A DNA stretch of 35,177 nucleotides from Saprolegnia diclina VS20 (taxonomy: Eukaryota). The notes beneath the pieces are model-generated. The model was not told where the DNA came from, ran no database searches, and saw only the letters and a list, made by a program, of their open reading frames with translations. This document shows, one piece after another, positions 31,571-35,177 of the stretch. How positions within the stretch are numbered: the first letter of the stretch is position 1; each line of letters begins with the position of its first letter. The position numbers and the translations under genes were made by a program. The DNA is taken from NCBI RefSeq assembly GCF_000281045.1, contig NW_008246086.1, positions 250,446 to 285,622 of the forward strand, given 5' to 3'.

Positions 31571-33297
31571 TCACACGGCGCCCGGGGTAATAGCGACGCG
31601 GAAGCAGACGTTCTCAATGTCGTTGGGACCGACGCACTCGTCGATCGTCATCGTGTCATCGAGCACAAGCGACTCGTCGTCGTCGAGCGTCACATGCAAG
31701 TACGAGAGCGGCAAGTCGAGGTTGTACTCGGCGTGGATGAACCGCTTGAGCTTGTAGACCTTCATTTGCAGCCGCACGTTGCACAGCATCGGGGGCAGCG
31801 TGCCAAACCGCACGGGCACGTCGGCGCGCGCCGAGCGGTGCGCGTGTTTGCCCAAGAGCGCCGTGTCCCAGCGCGCGAATTTCTTGATCGTGCTGTGGAT
31901 CTTGACCTAAGATGAAATATCAAGAAGGTATCAAGTGGCGGCAGCTCACCGTGATATCAGGTCGGCTCCGGCCCTCCAACAGCCCCATCGCTTGACCAAT
32001 GTCCAATATGGCGGCAAAGCTGTGACCGAGCTCTTGGTAGGCCATGTGCAGGTACTCGAGCTCGGCGGGCGAGTAGGGTTTGTGCTTGCGGGGAATCTCG
32101 GGCGTCTCTTTGGCGCGGCGCTTGGCGGCCGCCGACATGCGAACCCCCTTGCGCCCAAGTCGCGTAAACTTGTGCTAGAATCCAAGATAGTACAGAGTCT
32201 TTGGATCGCATATGGGTCGTACCCGTAGCTTGTTGGTCGTGCGACATGGTAGCAGACGCCCGCAGGCGCGACCCTCTTGAAGGATGTAAGCCCACTGCGG
32301 TCCGTACTCGAGAGCCATCTCGATGAGGTAGTTGAGCTCGTCCGGCGAAAAGGGTGGCCTACGGAGGCGAGACGCATGAGAAGACACAGAGGCTGCTGCA
32401 CCCTACGAGCGGTTGGTCGTGTCGCCGACGCGCACGTACGAGCTGCGAGGCGGCGGTGCCGGTGCAGAGGGCGACGCCGACGCATAGACAGCGTACTGGG
32501 ACGGAAGCTCCATGCGCCCCGAGTACTCGCGGTACCCAAAGTACCGATTCGCTTCGCGCGTCAGCCGAGTCTTCATGGAGCTAGCAGGGATGCATGAGGA
32601 AGCGCAGTGACAAGCCCATGGCATACCGAATCTCGCTCGTGGTGAGCTTCGGCGCCGGGTCGGCCTCGTCGGTCTCGTCGCCGTCGCTGGCGAGCTGGCT
32701 ACGGAGCCGTTGGCTGAGGCGGCGCATATCGTCTTCGTTCTTGAAGCTCTGTGACAATGGGGCGTCATCGTCGTACTCGTCGTGCTCGTCGGACGACGAC
32801 TCGGCGCCCGACCACACCGGTGGCGGGTTCTCAGCCAGCAGCTGCGCCGTGTCGTCATCATCGTCGTCGTTGCCGCTATTAGGTGGAAGACAAGCCTTGT
32901 GGTCCTTTGGCGTCTTGACGGTGCGTCGCCGTGGGCGCGGACTTGCCTGTGAAAAGCTCATTTCATCCTGTGGCACCTCGGCGATCGACTGCAACATGGT
33001 CGACTGCGACGCATGCTCGTCCCTAACATCCAGCCGAAAAGCGTCCACGCGTGGCGGACTTATGGGCCCAAAGACGTTCGGGCTCATGGGGATGGCGAGC
33101 GGCGTCGGCTCGACCTTGGGTCCGGGCTCGGCCTTGGTGTTCGCCTCGAACTCGAACGCTTGGCTGTCGCGCCGTCGCGCCTTCTTCTGGCTCGGCGTCG
33201 GCGCCGGGAAAGAGAGCCGTCGCGGGACGAGCTTGGACGACGACCGGCGCCGCAGCTTCTGCCGGGGCGCAGCCTCGCGCTTCACCGTCTCGGCCAT
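31571..33297 (-). CDS. Protein with a disordered N-terminus, two TRF/telobox-like Myb domains and a C-terminal ubiquitin-like fold; 5 exons
   Basis: Spliced in frame: PFSPDELNYL..MALEYGPQWAYIL...LLPCRTTNKLR|HKFTRL and PYSPAELEYL..AYQELGHSFAAIL...LEGRSRPDIT|VKI. The tail MKVYKLKRFI...LVLDDTMTIDEC resembles a beta-grasp fold. Confidence 0.7.
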
Positions 33298-33435
33298 GCG
33301 TCCTTGAGTTGATTGCGACCTTTCGTCATAAAATACACCGAGTAGCGTCCTCACCATACAAACATCAAGTCATAAAATGGCCAAGTGAAAATAGAGCGCT
33401 GGCCAATCAAAAGCGGCGAAATTCGAATTGGCGTC
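33298..33435. promoter_or_regulatory. 138-bp bidirectional promoter with a CCAAT box
   Basis: Head-to-head start codons at 33297 and 33436, with GGCCAATCA at about 33401 and ATTGG at about 33427. Confidence 0.55.
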
Positions 33436-33867
33436 ATGGCCCCAGCGTTGGCAGCTCGGAGCGCAGCGTACGTGGCCGTCGGCTTCGCACCTCGTGCTAG
33501 CGCGGACGTAGGAACCAGGCGCACAACCGCGCCGTCATCATGAAGCTCGCGCTCTTCACAGTGCTCATGTTCCTTGTGCCGATTGCGACCTACTACTTCC
33601 TGCACAACACGCTCCTCGTTGGTACGACCCTCGACTCTCATCAACAGAACGAGTCATGGGCGCATGTAGGCTACGAGAACCGCACCATGTGGAGGTACTA
33701 CAATCGTAGCATGCGCGAACGAAGGTCTCATTTGTGCTAGCGGCTTTGGGGCCATTGGCATGGTCAACGTCGTCATCGTAGTCTACATCCTCGAGGCGTT
33801 CCGCGAAGACGCCGCTGCGACCAGCAAGGAGACAGTGCCCGCCGTCGGCAAGTTCAAGAAGCAGTAG
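33436..33867 (+). CDS. VMA21: V-ATPase assembly factor VMA21-like, 4 exons
   Basis: The spliced product MAPAL...VIMKLALFTVLMFLVPIATYY...SGFGAIGMVNVVIVVYILEAFRED...KFKKQ has two TM helices and a Lys-rich ER-retrieval-like tail. Confidence 0.85.
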
Positions 33868-33899
33868 ATGCCAGTGGTTGATGATATCTCAAGAGTCTA

Positions 33900-35177
33900 C
33901 TATGTGTATCGCATGTCGACGACTTGCGCGGTGGCCGACCGCGACCACACGATCTGCATCGCGTCCGAGTAAATCTCGAGGTGGCTCGGGTGCTCGTGGA
34001 AGCCCGAGAGGCTGCAGTTTTGGATGAGCTCCATGCCATGCGGCGACGTGAGTCGAAAGACGCCGATGCTACGCCGCTATGAGTGTGCTTGCTCGACGAC
34101 CTTGACGGGTCCATACCTCTTTTGCGCGTCCCGGGGCGCGACGACGATCGCAATGGCCTACAGTCGTAAAAGCGAGGTAGTGCACAAGCAATATCTGCGG
34201 CGCCGACCTCGGCCAGCATCGACTGGAACCCGCACTGCGTGTGAATGTCCACGGACGAGAGAAAGCACGTTTGGGACGGATGCGTCTAGTCGATTCCGTC
34301 ATACACTAAAGACATATTCATCGAGTACATGGATCCAGCCAAGCGTGAGGAGGTCGTTCGCGATGCAGTACTCAAAGAGCTCTTCTTCGTGCGTCATAGT
34401 GCACATGTCGGACGAACCCTACCCTCATGAGTGCTCCTGTAAAGATATATATACCAGCGCCTACGGTCTGCTTGGGTATGACGAGCGTCGAGATCGCGAG
34501 CTTGGAACCCGTCTAGATGTCGAGTCTCATATCAGCGTGGACGAGTAGGACCCAGTTCGTACGAGCGTGCCCGTGAGGATGCCGCACGTCTCAATGCCGT
34601 ACGGCGGCTTGCGCGTATTGGGGTCAGCGATCCGAATGAAGTCTTGAATCAAGTTGGCTGGAATCGAAAGCTCGCGCACTTCGTTTCTAAGTGCAGTAGA
34701 CGATGACGCGTCATGACGGTACCACTGCGCGTCATGCTGCGTACTGGAGCAGGAGTGTTCGGTTCTCGAGCGAGTGGCGACGAGACGACATGGCGGATAT
34801 AGGTGTCGGCGCGGTGGTATCTGCCGTAGGGTATGTTGTCGATGGCGGCAGTGGCGCTGGCGGTAACGCGGCGCGACTCGGCTTCGCCGGCATCTTGAGC
34901 GCGTCCATGGCCTTGGCACGCGCATGGCTGTCCAGTGCCGCGCTTGTGAGCGTTGGCTGCGACGGCGGGGTTGGTGGCGCGAGCATTCGAAGCGCTTGGA
35001 GCCGCGCTTCGAGCGAGAGGCCCGCGGGGTCCTTGGCAGTAGTAGCCGGTGACGACGTTGGAGGCGGTACATACGCTGCTTTGTCTTCATGTGCTTCTTC
35101 GTGCTGGAGGATAAAGTACTCGTCTTCGTGGGTCTGTTGCAGCTGGTCGAGCTCCTCTTGGAGCATGCCATCGAGGA
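33900..35177 (-). CDS. AMSH/STAMBP-like JAMM deubiquitinase (3' part; continues beyond the window)
   Basis: Motifs: IETCGILTG, LGWIH|THPSQTCFLSSVDIHTQCGFQ (HxH-x7-S-x2-D), GFHEH and a terminal VVDMR. Confidence 0.92.

Overview
Gene-dense, GC-rich eukaryotic DNA with short (about 30-55 nt) GT-AG introns and CCAAT-type promoters. It is most consistent with an oomycete of the Saprolegnia type (inferred from composition, intron style and gene content). I traced about 18 protein-coding genes by eye: a PTEN-like/C2/RING-H2 fusion, a SAM-like + DUF445 membrane protein, a CCR4/nocturnin-type EEP enzyme, PDS5, a degenerate JmjC protein, a Cys-rich membrane protein, an 'RCFPHCC' domain protein, a PhoD phosphatase, two tandem PAP2 phosphatases, a CEP85-like coiled-coil protein, a double-BED hAT-derived gene, a PPCS(CoaB)-like/class 3 lipase/zinc-knuckle fusion, an orphan ORF, a double-Myb + ubiquitin-like protein, VMA21 and a partial AMSH-type deubiquitinase. 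There is one 403-nt assembly gap. The most unusual items are two multi-domain fusions. One is a degenerate PPCS domain joined to an apparently intact lipase with zinc knuckles inserted between its predicted catalytic Asp and His. The other is a PTEN pseudophosphatase-C2 module joined to a RING-H2 ligase. Also notable are a probably inactive JmjC protein with a (DH)10 tract, a recurrent intergenic TATCCGGATGG motif, and an orphan tRNA-Ser-like 3' fragment. All family calls come from motif recognition, not database searches.
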